From: Hemiscyllium ocellatum
Lineage: Eukaryota
Direction of reading: 5' to 3'
DNA: 64,000 nucleotides
Assembly (NCBI RefSeq): GCF_020745735.1
Contig: NC_083410.1
Span: 90,433,800 to 90,497,799, forward strand
Part shown: piece by piece, positions 1-11,829 of the stretch
How the letters are laid out: each line of letters starts with the position of its first letter
How positions within the stretch are numbered: position 1 is the stretch's first letter
Notes under the pieces: generated by a model
Databases searched by the model: none
What the model was told of the DNA's origin: nothing
What the model saw: only the letters and a program-made list of their open reading frames with translations
Made by a program: the position numbers and the translations under genes

Positions 1-890
1 CTGTGTTGTACATCTTTATGTGTTTCTGTGTTGGACATCTTTATGAGTCCAACTATGCCTGGTAAGTGAGGAGCAGTTTACCAAAGGTTCCATTGTAGGT
101 GATTATCAACCTCAATTCCCTGTTAGAAATGAATCCTTGTGTTTTTGCTTGAAATGATAGGGTCTTGTGTAGGGAGTAACCTGAGATGATGTTTTGAGTT
201 CAGTGACCCATGTTTAGATGAACAAAGATTCCACTCCCTCTGTTTTTCTCCCCAAAGATGCTGCCATACCTGTTGGGTTTTGCCAGTTATATCTGATTCT
301 GTTTCATGCTTTCAGCATTCAAATCCCTTTCAGTTATTCCAATAAAATGCTTCACTTCCCAATCTTCCCCCAGACGTAATTCTTGGAATAATAGAATGCA
401 ACGATACCGAAGAGGTCCTTCATTCCACCCAGTTTGTGCTCTAAAAGCTCCACGGAATCTATACCCATTCCAGCTTCTATCACTATACACGTAGTCTCAA
501 ATACTATGATGCTTCAAGTGTTCATCCAGTTAGTTTTTAAAGTTTGTGAGGTTTCCTGCTTCCACGACCCTACAGGGAATGAACTACCACACCTTCTCCA
601 CTCTCTGGGTGAAAACATCTTGACCAGACCTCCTCCAAATCTCTTCCCTTTCATCTTAAAAACAATGTCCTCTGCCATCTGTTGATTGCCTGCCCACTAG
701 TAGTCAAACACAGGATTGAGCTGCTTCAAACAATGGGCCAGGCCATTGAAGATGTCATATTCAAACTCGATATCTGAACACTCCCAGCTGCCCCAGTTAG
801 GTGTTGAGATTTTCGGTTGCTCTCTGAACCAACACAGAGAATGTTTGATCATTAATTTCTGATTTGCATTTTCCCTCCTGTGTCTTTCAG

Positions 891-1765
891 TTAATTTCCT
901 GGTGGTTTTGGTTCTCGCACGGGGAAAATGTTACCTCTCTAACTGCACAAGGCGCTGCATGTTGGCTATGGCAACATCGGATCTCCTGTTTATTCTCACA
1001 CAGATCATTCTTAGGCGCTTCAAATACCTTTACTACCCAGGATCTTTCCTGGATATCACTCCGGTGTGCAGTGCTGTCTTTGCCTTGGCTCGTGCAGCCA
1101 CAGACTGTTCTGTCTGGTTCACTGTCCTTTTCTCCTTTGAACGTTTTGTGGCCATTTCCTGTCTGAAACTGAAGAGAAAATATTGGACAGAGAAAGCCTC
1201 GGCTGTGACTCTGGCTGCAACTGGCATTCTGCTCTGTTCAAAAAACATTCCCTTCTATTTTCGGTTTGAACCGAGGAGGATAATTGACAATGTTCAGTGG
1301 TATTGTCAAACAAAGTCAAGTTATTTGAATGATCCCAGGTGGCTGGGGTTTAAGTGGTTCGATATCACTTTAACCCCTTTAATTCCATTCGTGTTAATTC
1401 TGTTGATGAACACTCTGACGGTAAGGCACATTTTAGTGGCCAGTCGAGTACGCAAGAGCCTGAGGGGTCAGAGGAAGGGAGACAGTCACAAAGATGCAGA
1501 GATGGAGAGCCGGAGGAAGTCGGTCATTTCCCTCCTCACCGTATCCATCAGCTTCATACTTCTGTGGTTCGTGCAGGGTGCAAACATCTTGTACAATAAC
1601 ATTAAAGGAAGGAATCGTTGGAAGTACAGTCATTCCAATATTTTTGTATGCACTGGAGAAATGCTGAAGGATTTCAGCTGCAGCACAAACACATTATTTT
1701 ATGCAGCGACTCTGCCCAAGTTCAGAGCGAAGTTCAGGAATGCAGTGCACCAACTGGTCATGTAA
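891..1765 (+). CDS. GPR139-like class A GPCR, gene A, exon 2 (end of TM1 to C-terminus); exon 1 lies upstream of the window
   Basis: Polypyrimidine tract and acceptor (ttccctcctgtgtctttcag|TT AAT TTC CTG) give a phase-1 entry, xNFLVVLVLARGKCYLSNCT. The frame is open to TAA at 1765. Hydrophobic TM segments are present, with LAMATSDLL (TM2), DCSVWFTVLFSFERF (TM3), KNIPFYF (TM4), EMESRRKSV (ICL3) and SCSTNTLFY (TM7). Confidence 0.88.
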
Positions 1766-2569
1766 ATTCTTCACTTAATGAATTAGCAAAACAACTGAGA
1801 GAGCTCAAGAGGCAGCCGCGGTGTTCCCAGGGCAGGAATTGCAGATGTACAGCCAGGATTCCATCAGCACCCTCACATGGATTTGAGTATAACCCCCAGT
1901 GGAGGATGGGGAGGGCAGTAACGGGATGGGTCACCATTCACCATGCTCAAGATCATGCTGCTATCCCTGATTGACTGACAGATTTACACACACAGGGGGC
2001 ACAGAATGAGCAGCAAGAGGCCATTCAGCCCTTCGTGTCTGATCACTCTGCCAGCCCAGAAAATTGTGATTGATGCAATTGTACCATCAAACCTGCTTTT
2101 CTCTGTGCACCTGAGCACCCTCCCACATCATCCCTCAAAACATTCGCAATAATTTATCTGCATTCCCCTTCAACGATACTGAGGGACAGCAGGTAATGGA
2201 GCAAGAGGTGGGTGACTATCCAGTGCAGGGTAGGATGGAAAGAGGCTGCAGGAGTGATTCCAAATGATGGACACGCTGTGAGTGATGGGTTCAGCTGGAA
2301 CATTTGGTCTTCATGGACTGCCCTGTGGATGAGTGTTAAAGACTGTGGCAGGAGGGTTCACTGAATTTTCCTTGCAAGTGTGGAGTCGGGAGGGACAGAA
2401 ACAATCCCTCCTGCACCATGATGACTGTCAGCCTCGCTCTGTTCAGCTCACAATAGAAAGGTTCTGGGTGCTGGTGATCTTCTCATCTGAATGGGTTATT
2501 GTAACATGCACATTTTTATTTGAGTGTGTTTATTGAGTCCACCTTCTGTCTACTTCGTTCATAAGGCTA

Positions 2570-2815
2570 TTGCTGTCTCTACCTCTCTGCCTCGTTTGTC
2601 TGTCTTTGCCTGTTCCTCTGTTCCTCTCTTGTGCTGTCCCCCATCTCTCAGCTTCTTGCTCTCTCTCTGTCTCACTCTGTATGTGTCCCTGCCTGTATCA
2701 TTCCCTCTCTCTCTCTACCTATCTGTTTGTCTGTCAGTCTCTCTGTCTTTCTCTATGTCTATCCTTCTTGTCTCTCTGTCTCTGTCTCTCTCGCGTGCTC
2801 TCTGTGTCTGCTTCT
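2570..2815. repeat. CT-rich low-complexity, degenerate microsatellite
   Basis: Long (ctct/ctgt)n run; paralogous tract at about 57130-57375. Confidence 0.8.
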
Positions 2816-3062
2816 CACATTGACCATGTCAGATACTTGTTGTCTCAGTTCAGCACATGCTCACTTGCATTGACTCAAATCCCTTCATTCACTGGTCTTT
2901 CCCAGACAGTGATTTGCAAAATACAAAGTGTGCAGGTACAGCCAGCAATGCTTTGACACATTACTGTAAGTAAGTCTGCTGGAGTTTGACCATCTCCCAT
3001 TCCTCTCTCTGTGGCTGGGCGGGAAGTGTGTTCATGCGTATCCCTTTCGGTGTGTGAGGGTG

Positions 3063-3094
<32 letters not shown>

Positions 3095-3095
<1 letters not shown>

Positions 3096-3378
3096 AGTCA
3101 GGTGTTACTAGGGGACACAGCTTTAAATTAAGGGGTGGTAGGTATAGGACAGATGTTAGGGGTAGATTCTTTACACAGCGGGTTGTGAGTTCATGGAATG
3201 CCCTGCCAGTAGCAGTGGTGAACTCTCCTTCTTTATGGTCATTGAAGCGGGCATTGGATAGGCATTTGGAAGTTATTGGGCTAGTGTAGGTTAGGTAGGA
3301 TTCGGTCGGCGCAACATCGAGGGCCGAAGGGCCTGTACTGCGCTGTATCTTTCTATGTTCTATGTTCTATGTTCTATG
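3095..3378 (+). mobile_element. Young 5'-truncated CR1 LINE 3' end inserted in a (TG)n tract
   Basis: Open CR1 ORF2 C-terminus (TRGHSFKLRGGRYRTDVRGRFFTQRVVSSWNALP), 3'UTR and (TTCTATG)n tail. Absent from the paralogous site at about 57660. Confidence 0.85.
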
Positions 3379-3646
3379 GGTGTGGGGTACTTCATTGCCT
3401 TTGTGGGGATCTCCTTGTGTGTGTGTGAGGGTGTGGGGGACTTCATTGCCTTTGTGGGGATCTCCCTGTGTGTGTGAGGTGGGACGTCATTGCCTTTGTG
3501 AGGATCTCACTGTGTGTGTGTGTGTGGGGGGGGGGTGGGGTGGGGGGCTTCCTTCCCTTTGTGGGGACCTCCATGTGTGTGTGTGTGTGTGTGTGGGGGG
3601 GGTGTGCTTCATTCCCTTTGTGGGGATCTCCCTGTGTGTGTGTGTC
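3379..3646. repeat. Minisatellite, about 5 units of roughly 45-65 bp with core cttcattgcctttgtggggatctccc plus TG/G runs
   Basis: Core visible five times. Only one cttcattg unit exists at the paralogous site (about 57697). Confidence 0.75.
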
Positions 3647-3649
3647 CCT

Positions 3650-4895
3650 CAGTATTTGTCCTTGGACATGTCCCTGAGTGTGACACATTATGATTGTGTT
3701 TTTGAATGTCAGTGTGGCTTTCCCTTTGTACGTGTTGGGAAGTAGTTCGATTCATGCGTACATGTGTTTGGGAATGCTATTCCGTTTGTCTGAGATTGTT
3801 TCTGTGAAGGTGGATGTTTTTATGTTGGCGAATGTTACTGTACCTGTGTGATTGCCGAGTTGTCTGTGTTTCGCACATGTGCACCTGTTGTATTTGTGCC
3901 TGTGTGTATGCTGTTTTGGGATTGCAGTTCAATGATGCTGTGGTTTTGTGTGTGCGTATGTTCTGTGAAACGATGTGTTTGCGTCTCTGAGTGTCATTAT
4001 ATTATTGTGGGATTGGGGAGTGTGTTTCTGCCTGGCTGTGCTCTTGTTTAAGCAGGTGAGTATGTTGTTCAGACTGTGTTTGGCTGTCTGTCTGTGTGTC
4101 ATGATCTTTCTGTGCCCCCAGCAGGATCTCTCTGTGTTTGTTTCTGAGTGTCACTCTGTCTATATCTAATTGTGGCGATGGTTCTGTAAGTGTGTTTGAA
4201 TGTGTTTTTGTATATGTACAAGAAGTTGCTGTCATTCTTGTAAGTTGGTGTGTGATGTCGCTTACAAAGAGTTTGTTTATGTAAGTGTGTGAGGGTGTGG
4301 GTGTGATTCTGTGTCTGCGTTCCTATATCGCAGAATGACTGTATTTTTGTGTATGTGGATATGAGTGCATTTGGTATGTACATGGGTGTGTTCCTTTCTC
4401 TGTGAGTATGTCTGACTGTATGTGTGTACATGTGTAGTTTTGTTCAACTCTTTCAATATGACTGTATTTCTTTGTGTGTGGACATGTGTGCATTCTGTCC
4501 ATACGTGGGTGTGTTCCTATCTGTCTTAGTATATCTGTTTTCATGTGTTTATGTGTGTGAATGTGTGTGTGTGTGCATGCTCAAGCCTATGTGAGTAAAT
4601 GTGCCCCATTCTGGACTCTGATTGTATTCCTGTGTGTTGTGAGGGTATGGGGAGATTTCTTTAGTCTTTGTATCGGTGTGTTCTCACATTTCAGTTGGAC
4701 TGTGTTATTGTGCATGTGTGCATGTTTGTGAGTTGAATGTGTGCGCGTGTATGTGTTTTTATTTGTCAGTATGTTCCTATATCTCACTTTGAATGCATTT
4801 CTGTGTGTGGATGTGCTTCTGCTTGCATGTACATGTGTGTATGTGAGGGTGTGGGCGTGTTTCTGTGTCCCTCTGGGTGTGGTTCTGTCTCTGTC
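3650..4895. repeat. Degenerate TG-rich low-complexity region
   Basis: Strong (TG/TGTA) bias; paralog at about 57700-58395. Confidence 0.7.
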
Positions 4896-5384
4896 TGATC
4901 ATGAGACTTCCTCCCCTGAAAAAGGACAAGTGAACCCTTCAGCAGGTCACTGTGCACAGATTGCTCTCAATGGGGCATTGCGGCAACCTGAGAAAAATCA
5001 AAATATCAATATCTGTACCTCCTGCATCCTGATTGTGGAACTGTTCCGTCAGTTCAAGGACCTAAGCCGAATGGAAATAAACAAGACAGAGAAATATTCA
5101 ATGAAAGGCAGGATTCCAGTTGTGCCTTCCATGTTTGAACCAAGGATGTAACACATACACTTTTTCCATGTTGGAGCTGTTTGTGTCCATACATAAATGT
5201 TGTTATAGACTGGATCATTCCGCTATACAATGTAGCAGCTGAATAGGGCCATTGAGCCCATCGAGTCTGCTCTGTTATTTGATCATGAACGATCTGTTTC
5301 TCAATTCTATTCTCTGGCCTTCTCCCCAAAACTTTTGATTCCCCGACTAACCAGGAACCCATATTTCACTATTTTTAACACATT

Positions 5385-5998
5385 TGTTATGGACCAGACC
5401 CTCTAAAAGTATTTTAAGATGGTAGCCCAGACCCTAACTTTTCTATTTTTTTTTACATGTGTAAAGTGGATATTCCAGGATTAATGGAGCAGGTGAACAT
5501 TCATTGGTTTAAGTAGAACAGAGTTTATATACAGATTATCGAATGAAATACAAACAAAAGAGAACAGAAGACTGAATAACTTCACCCATCCAAAAACCCA
5601 ACAGACTGTCCCAACTTAATGATTGTTCAAAATTCCTCCAACAACCTCCATAAGCACCCAATACAGGAGAGATTTCAGAGAGAGATTCAGCATGGAACAA
5701 CTTCAACCATGTCGCTGTTCCTTTTACCTGCAGTTTAAATATCTGACAACTTCCAAACACCAACCCAAGCTAAACCAGACCAGAGGAAATCCGAGGTGGG
5801 AGAATTGGCCACCCCCCCCTTTCATTGCAGACGTTTGTATATTTGAAAGCCTTTTTGCTTGAGGCAGTTTCTGTTAGCTATCACAAAATTGGCTCTGCAA
5901 CCCATCCAAACTCGACATCCCGGAACCGTTGCATTTGCAAACACACTAAGCAAACAAACAAGGACACACAACCTTGGGAAAGGGGCAGCATCATCACA
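5385..5998. mobile_element. Solo LTR inserted into a minus-strand CR1 3' fragment (about 5215-6160)
   Basis: TG...CA termini. The start (tgttatggaccagacc...ttttaag...agcccag) resembles the LTR at 27228-27872. CR1 3' sequence (TRTRGHSLRLKG on -) resumes after it. Paralog at about 58837-59350. Confidence 0.55.
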
Positions 5999-6164
5999 CT
6001 CTCAATGTCCAGGCCCCCCTAACACTCTGAAGCAATGATTTCCATAGATGGAGCACCCTTTGGCTGGAGAAACTAATTCCTGTCTCAGTTCCAATGGTTG
6101 TTCCCTTCAGTCTGAGGCTGTGCCCTCGGGTCCTAGTCTCTCCGACATGTGGAAACAGCTTACA

Positions 6165-6945
6165 AGCAGAAGCTGAAATGGGAGGACACTTTACAAAAGG
6201 AAGTACAATGCTGGTCAGAGGCTGTGAATGACAGTCTCTGGGACTGTTTAGAATTGGTGGACTGGACCGTGTGAAAGTACTCATTGGGAATCCAGAATGA
6301 AGACACCACCACCATCACAGACATCATAGGCAAATGATGGAGGACTGTGGATTGAAGAATTCAATCTGATTGTTCCCCAAGCATAAACCTTCAGTCAATC
6401 AGGAAATCCACTCCCGACTGAAAACCAGACGAACAACATTCAAGTGGGAAGAGCCCGACCTATACAGGGAATCCAGATGTGACCTCTGCAGGGACATCAG
6501 GGATGCCAAGAGGGAGGACCAGACCACATGAGAGGGCCATACCTACTAAACAGACTCCTGCTGCCTATGGCAAGGCCTGAAGAATTCTGGGATGCAAAAT
6601 GAAGCAGAGCAAGCTAGCGGACAAAAACATGTCCCTCCCTGAGGCTCTCAGTGCCTTCTCTACTCGGTTTGAGCAGAATGCCAGCGGTGGAGTGATGCCT
6701 GTCCCAATAGTCCCAGAGACACTTGTTCCCTCTTTCACTGCTGCACACATCAGAACAGTTTTCCTGAGAGTCAACCAAAGAATCGTGACAGGCCTTGATG
6801 GAGTCCCTGGCCGTGTATTTCAATCCAGTACGGACCAACTGGCAGAGGTATTCACCGACATCTTCAACATCTCCCTCCAACAAGCTGAAGCCCACATCTT
6901 CTTCAAGAAGATCACCACCATCCCTGTACCTAAGAAAGCACATCC
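6165..6945 (+). mobile_element. Rex1/Babar-clade LINE fragment (degenerate)
   Basis: SLPEALSAFSTRFEQ...VTGLDGVPGRVFQSSTDQLAEVFTDIFNISLQQ...KKITTIPVPKK matches the Rex1 pre-RT region. Confidence 0.75.
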
Positions 6946-7814
6946 AATGTGCCAACTTGCCTTCCCTCCTAATTTTGTGTCATCTGTACATTTCACAACA
7001 GTGCATTCACTTCCTTCCTGCAAGTCCTTCATATACACATTATTTCATGTTTTATGTGTCTAATATACATTATATATTGTTATACGTTGGAGCTGTTTGT
7101 GTCTGTACAAATATTGTGCATTTGACCTTATTGTGTTTACATGTAATAATATTATGCATTTGAACTTAAATATTGTTTGCACTGGAGATGTTCAGGACTA
7201 TATCTATATATTGTTGTGTATTAGAACTGTTCATGTTTGTATGTAAATACTGTTGTGTATTGTAGTTGTTCGTATTTATGCATCAATACTGCATTAGTTC
7301 ATGATAAAGTTGTACCTTTCTTCTTCCAACCAGCAATACTGCGTCTGACCATGAGGGGCTGCTGCTGAGCTCCTCCAGTGCATTGGGAAGAAACTGTCTT
7401 TCCCAGCGTTGGCCAGAGGGGCAGCAGCACAGAGCAGCAGTGGTCCCATGTTAGAGGTAGTGGGGAATGATAAGGCAGGGATACAGAGTCTCTGGTTATT
7501 GTGGAGAGACAACACATATTCCGGATGTGGGGGTGGTGGGGCTAGAGGGCGAACATTAAAGAGCACTGGAGAAAGAGAGAGAGGTTTAAATACAGATATA
7601 GATAGCGTTAAAGATTGTAATACAGAGAGGATTAAATAGACAATAGAAGAGGTTAAGGGGAGATTAATCGGGAGAGAGCAGAATACAGAACAATGGGGAG
7701 GGTTAAAAAGAGAAAGGGAGCGGATTTAACAGCAAATAACAGAGATAAAGTCCATAACGAATAACAGTGAGAGCCCTGATTACAGGGAGAGGGTTAATGC
7801 AGGGGAAGCTGGAG

Positions 7815-8030
7815 GGATTGCAATTTGGTCAGCCAGATGGACCTTGTTGAATATGAGTTTACTGAGTGGAGCTGTTAACCTGGTACAATCAGGGAGTCCT
7901 GGCTGACAGATACAAACAGGAGTGTCAGGCATCCTGCTCACTCGAGGAACCAGCTTTGTCCTCACTGGGTCAGTGTCATGTACTATGAAATTGCAAATGC
8001 AGAGTGACTTGATGATGGGTTATCACATTT
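7815..8030. mobile_element. Short LTR-like repeat, related copy at about 47080-47300
   Basis: Both share ggtca-ccag-tgg...tatgagtt...caatcagggag. Classification as an LTR is inferred. Confidence 0.4.
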
Positions 8031-8121
8031 GTAGAACTTGAGAGGATCTAATACAGAGTAGTAGGGTAAGTGTTGAATACTGGGAGGAACATGAGTGTTC
8101 ACCGAGCTGGGAATTTGTGTT

Positions 8122-8161
8122 GCAAACGTTTCGTCCCCTGACTAAGTGATATCCTCAGTGC
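8122..8161 (-). ncRNA. Minimal hammerhead ribozyme motif (PLE family 1), partly degenerate
   Basis: gca-CUGAGGA-u-aucacuu(aguc)aggggac-GAAAC-GUU-ugc. Stem I is perfect; the first stem II pair is mismatched. Confidence 0.6.
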
Positions 8162-8910
8162 TTGGGAGCTTCCTGTGAAGCGCTTCTGTGATCTTTCCTC
8201 CAGCATTTATAGTGATTTGTACCTGCCGCTTCTGGTTGTCAGTTCCAGCTGAACGCTGCAGTGGTCAGTATACTGGGTCCAGATCGATGTGCTTATTGAT
8301 TGAATCTGTGGATGAGTGCTATGCCTCTAGGAATTCCCTGGCTGTTCTCTGTTTGGCTTGTTCTATAATAGTAGTGTTGTCCCAGTCGAATGCATGTTGC
8401 TTGTCATCTGCGTGTGTGGCTACTAAACATAGCTGGTCTGTCATTTCGTGGCTAGTTGGTGTTCATGGTTACGTATCTTTAGCTGTCTTCCTGTTTGTCC
8501 TATGTCGTGTTTTGTGCAGTCCTTGCATGGGATTTTGTACACTACATTACATCCCATGCAAGGACTACATTGGACAAACAGGAAGACAGCTAACGATCCG
8601 CATCCATGAACACCAACTAGCCACGAAACGACAGACCATCTATCCTTAGTAGCCACACACGCAGATGACAAGCAACATGAATTCGACTGGGACAACACAA
8701 CTATTATAGGACAAGCCAAACAGAGAACAGCCAGGGACTTCCTCGAGGCATGGCACTCATCCACAGATTCAATCAATAAGCACATCGATCTGGACACAAT
8801 ATACCGGCCACTGCAACGGACAGCTGGAACTGACAACCGGAAGTGGCAGATTCAAACCACTACTAATGCCGGAGGAAAGATCACAGAAGCGCTTCACAGG
8901 AGGCTCCCAA

Positions 8911-8950
8911 GCACTGAGGATGTCACCTAGACAGGGGACGAAACGTCAGC
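8911..8950 (+). ncRNA. Minimal hammerhead ribozyme motif (PLE family 1)
   Basis: gca-CUGAGGA-u-gucaccu(agac)aggggac-GAAAC-GUC-agc. Palindromic ACGU stem III; one stem I mismatch. Confidence 0.65.
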
Positions 8951-9689
8951 AACACAAATTCCCAGCTCGGCGAACAGAACCACAACAACGAGCACCCGAG
9001 CTTCGAATCTTCTCACAAACTTTGAAAATGAGTGTTCAGTAAAGGGAAAAAGGAAGAGGAGTTAACACAGAGTAAAAGAAAAAGAACGAAATAGAGAGTA
9101 ATGAGGAGAAAGTTGAATACAGCAGAGCAGGGACAGGGTTAAATACATGGGAATGGATATGTGTAAATCCGGAGTGCGGAGGATTAAATGAAGAGCAACA
9201 GTGAGAGTACTAATGAGAGAGTAATAGGGAGAATTTTGAATACAGAGTGAAAGTTAATGATTGACATGTTTGCTATTTAAGTTGAGTGGTGCAATGGAGA
9301 GTAATTGTGAGAAGATTAAAGTATTAGGAAAATGATTTAAAAGCAGACTAACAGGAAGAGGGATACATACAAAGGAAGAGAGATGGTTAACCACAAGGAA
9401 GTAGAGGAGATCAAATACAGATAGCGATCGGGTTGAGTAAAGCATGATAGTGGATGCTAAATACAGACCAATAGGGACAGGAGTAAATACAAGATATTGA
9501 ATAGAGGGAATGGGGCTAAGATGAAGGCGTAAATACACAGAGAGAGAAAGAGAATGAGAGAGAGAGAGTGAAAGACAGTGTAATCAGGGGAGAATTAAAC
9601 ATCGGGGAAGAGAGTGAATGACATACAGGGTAACAGGGATGAATAAATAACGGGTAATAGACAAATGATGAAATTCAGAGAGTAATAGG

Positions 9690-10169
9690 GGTTAGATGGA
9701 GAAGAATTTGTTAAGTGTGTACATGAAAATGTTCTGATTCAACATGTGAATGTACCCACTAGGGAAGGTGCAAACTTGACCTACTTCTCGGAAATAAGGC
9801 CGGGCAAGTGACTGAGGTGCACTTTGGGGCCAGCGACCAGAATTCTATGTGTGAAAATAGTGATGGTAGAGGATAGACCAGGTCTGAAAGTTGAAATATT
9901 AAATTGGATGACGGTTAACTTTGATGGCGTTAGGCAAGAATTTTCAAAAGCTGGTTGGGGGCAGATGTTCGCAGGTAAAGGGACGGCTGGAAAATGGAAA
10001 GCCTTCAGAAATGAGATGACGAGAGTCCAGAGATAATATATTCCTGTCGGGGTAAAAGGAAAGGCTAGTGGGTGTAGGGAATGCTGGATGACGAAATAAA
10101 TTGAGGGTTTGCTTCAGAAAAGAAGGAAGCATATGTCAGGTAGCGACAAGAGAGATTGAATGATTCCTT
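9690..10169 (+). mobile_element. CR1 ORF2 fragment (endonuclease end and linker), ending at an assembly gap
   Basis: Homologous to the CR1 at about 21925-22290 (GQMFAGKGTAGKWKAFRNE). Confidence 0.8.
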
Positions 10170-10182
10170 NNNNNNNNNNNNN
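10170..10182. other. Assembly gap (13 N)
   Basis: Run of n. Confidence 0.99.
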
Positions 10183-10800
10183 CTGTGCTCAATGACAAGG
10201 TCAGACAGCAGTGTATGAGCCTGGCTGAGAGAGAAAATCAGCAGAAAATGTGAGCCAAAGCAATGGGAGGAGGGATGCTTGAACATCCAGGTCAGCTCCG
10301 AGTGAGTAAGTGCTCTGAGAGTAAGTGGAGAGCCTGGAGATGCAACCTGGTCCAGTCCATGAGCTGGGTGTGTGGCCCTGAATGTACAGGGTCCTTGCTG
10401 CAGCGTTACAATGAGAGTTGTCAGTGCACACCAAGGGGCAGCGTTGAAGGGCAGAAAGGTCCTGTAAGATGGTTCGATATATGACATGGGGGTTTTTTGA
10501 GGCTGGCACGTGTTGGATGCCAATGTTCGTGGAGGTGGTGAGCATGTGACTGATACCCATGAACTTTACCAAGCGGTCTGTGAGCTGCATCCACGAGGTA
10601 CTCGCTCTGGTTTCCTTGTTGCGATTTCCCAGAAACTGAGCTTGTTTGTTGAGTTTGGTCAGATGTGAGGCTGAATATTAATGAGCTGAGTTGGGATGCT
10701 GACAAGGTGGTGTTTAGCCGTCACTAATGCCCATCAATCCCCATCTCCCTGCTGCCCAGTGAGAGTTTCCACACGCCACTTATCAAAAACATGAAAGGTG
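10183..10800 (+). mobile_element. PIF/Harbinger remnant, paralog of 33333-33985
   Basis: Near-colinear match to the 3' part of the Myb/SANT-bearing element at 32560-33990. Confidence 0.55.
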
Positions 10801-11379
10801 GAGCAAGACCATCTTGATGTTTAGACAGGCCTCGCTGCACTGGTCACCTGATTCTGTCACATGACTTGCCATTGCCCCAGTCACAAAGACGCTGATAAGA
10901 TTCCTCCTGAAATTTATTCCCACAGCAACCTGAAATTTACATGCATTGAAAAGCACTCACACACACACATACGTTTAGACAAACAGACACACACACACCA
11001 CACACACACACATTCACAACAAATCTTGAGAAGAGGTGTGCATTTATATTATTAACAGAAATGCAAATACAAATCACATTATACAATCTTGGGGGATTGA
11101 CTTCACTCTTGTCTATCTGTGAAAGAATGAATGAATAAGAAATGTTTGGGATTCCAGAAGAATGTGGGTGCAGATGATGGAGATGTATCTTTTTGTTGGT
11201 GGTGATAACTTTAGGGCTGTCTCACTCAATGCTTGAGCTGATGAGTTGTGCTGGCTGGGTCCTATTCTTTGTTCTGGAGGGATGGTCCCTCCAGTTCGGG
11301 TGGTTTCAGGACGGCCTTTTCCCAGGTTAGTTCTGGGAATAATGGATCAAATTTTCCCTGAGTATGACAACCAACAAGA

Positions 11380-11820
11380 AGGAAACTCTGAGCTCAAAAA
11401 CTGCATGAAGTTATGTAAAACACTGTTATCTCACTTTTTGGATTAGAATCTATCTAAACATCATGTCATAGACAGAGAACACAGGGGCAAACACCTTCAA
11501 CATATTGTCTAGCTATCACCATTGTTAACAGCTAACCTGAAAATGCAACTTTAAAAAAAAAGGTTTTGTGATTTACACAAGAAAGAAGTGAAACTATCAC
11601 TGTATTCTAACAGATGAAAGGCTTAACAGATAAACAATTTTTCAATGTATAATTTCAGTTACATCACACTGTAAATTTTTGCTATAATTGTGTGTTACGA
11701 TTGAGCCCTGATGAAGGAGCATCGCTCCGAAAGCTAGTGTGGTCCAATTGGACTGTAACCTGATGTTGTGTGACTTTCAACTTTGTACACCCTAGTCCAA
11801 CACCGGCATCTCCAAATCAT
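11380..11820 (+). mobile_element. PLE family 3 3' fragment with hammerhead-like core at about 11708-11739
   Basis: CUGAUGA-a-ggagc(auc)gcucc-GAAAGCUA followed by the ...ccagtccaacaccggcatctccaaatcat tail. Same family as 50238-50765. Absent from the paralog at about 34495. Confidence 0.7.
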
Positions 11821-11829
11821 AAAATATAA

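Larger units (their letters stand above)
8102..9027. mobile_element. Penelope-like element (PLE), two 3' fragments in inverted head-to-head arrangement
   Basis: GIY-YIG endonuclease (VVYKIPCKDCTKHxIGQTGRQLxIRxHEHQLA) on both arms, - at 8102-8548 and + at 8551-9027. 11-bp TSD ATGAGTGTTCA at 8091-8101 and 9028-9038. Confidence 0.9.

Noticed and set aside
1-67. CCT G|gtaagt at 58-67 as the donor of gene A exon 1
   Set aside because: The upstream bases are the CR1 3' tail (homologous to about 55160-55190), the peptide is not TM1-like, and the paralog lacks this donor.
3379-3646. CRISPR-like repeat-spacer array
   Set aside because: The context is vertebrate, the 'spacers' are TG/G runs, and there are no cas genes.
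2524-4900. Cys/Val/Leu/Ser- or His/Thr-rich ORFs
   Set aside because: These are translations of CT and TG microsatellite sequence. The same applies at 34044-34374 and 57105-57861.
7294-7566. GC-richer 90-aa ORF ending WLEEERYNF
   Set aside because: Only a faint resemblance to the PLE endonuclease C-terminus. It has no splice or domain support and is left unassigned.
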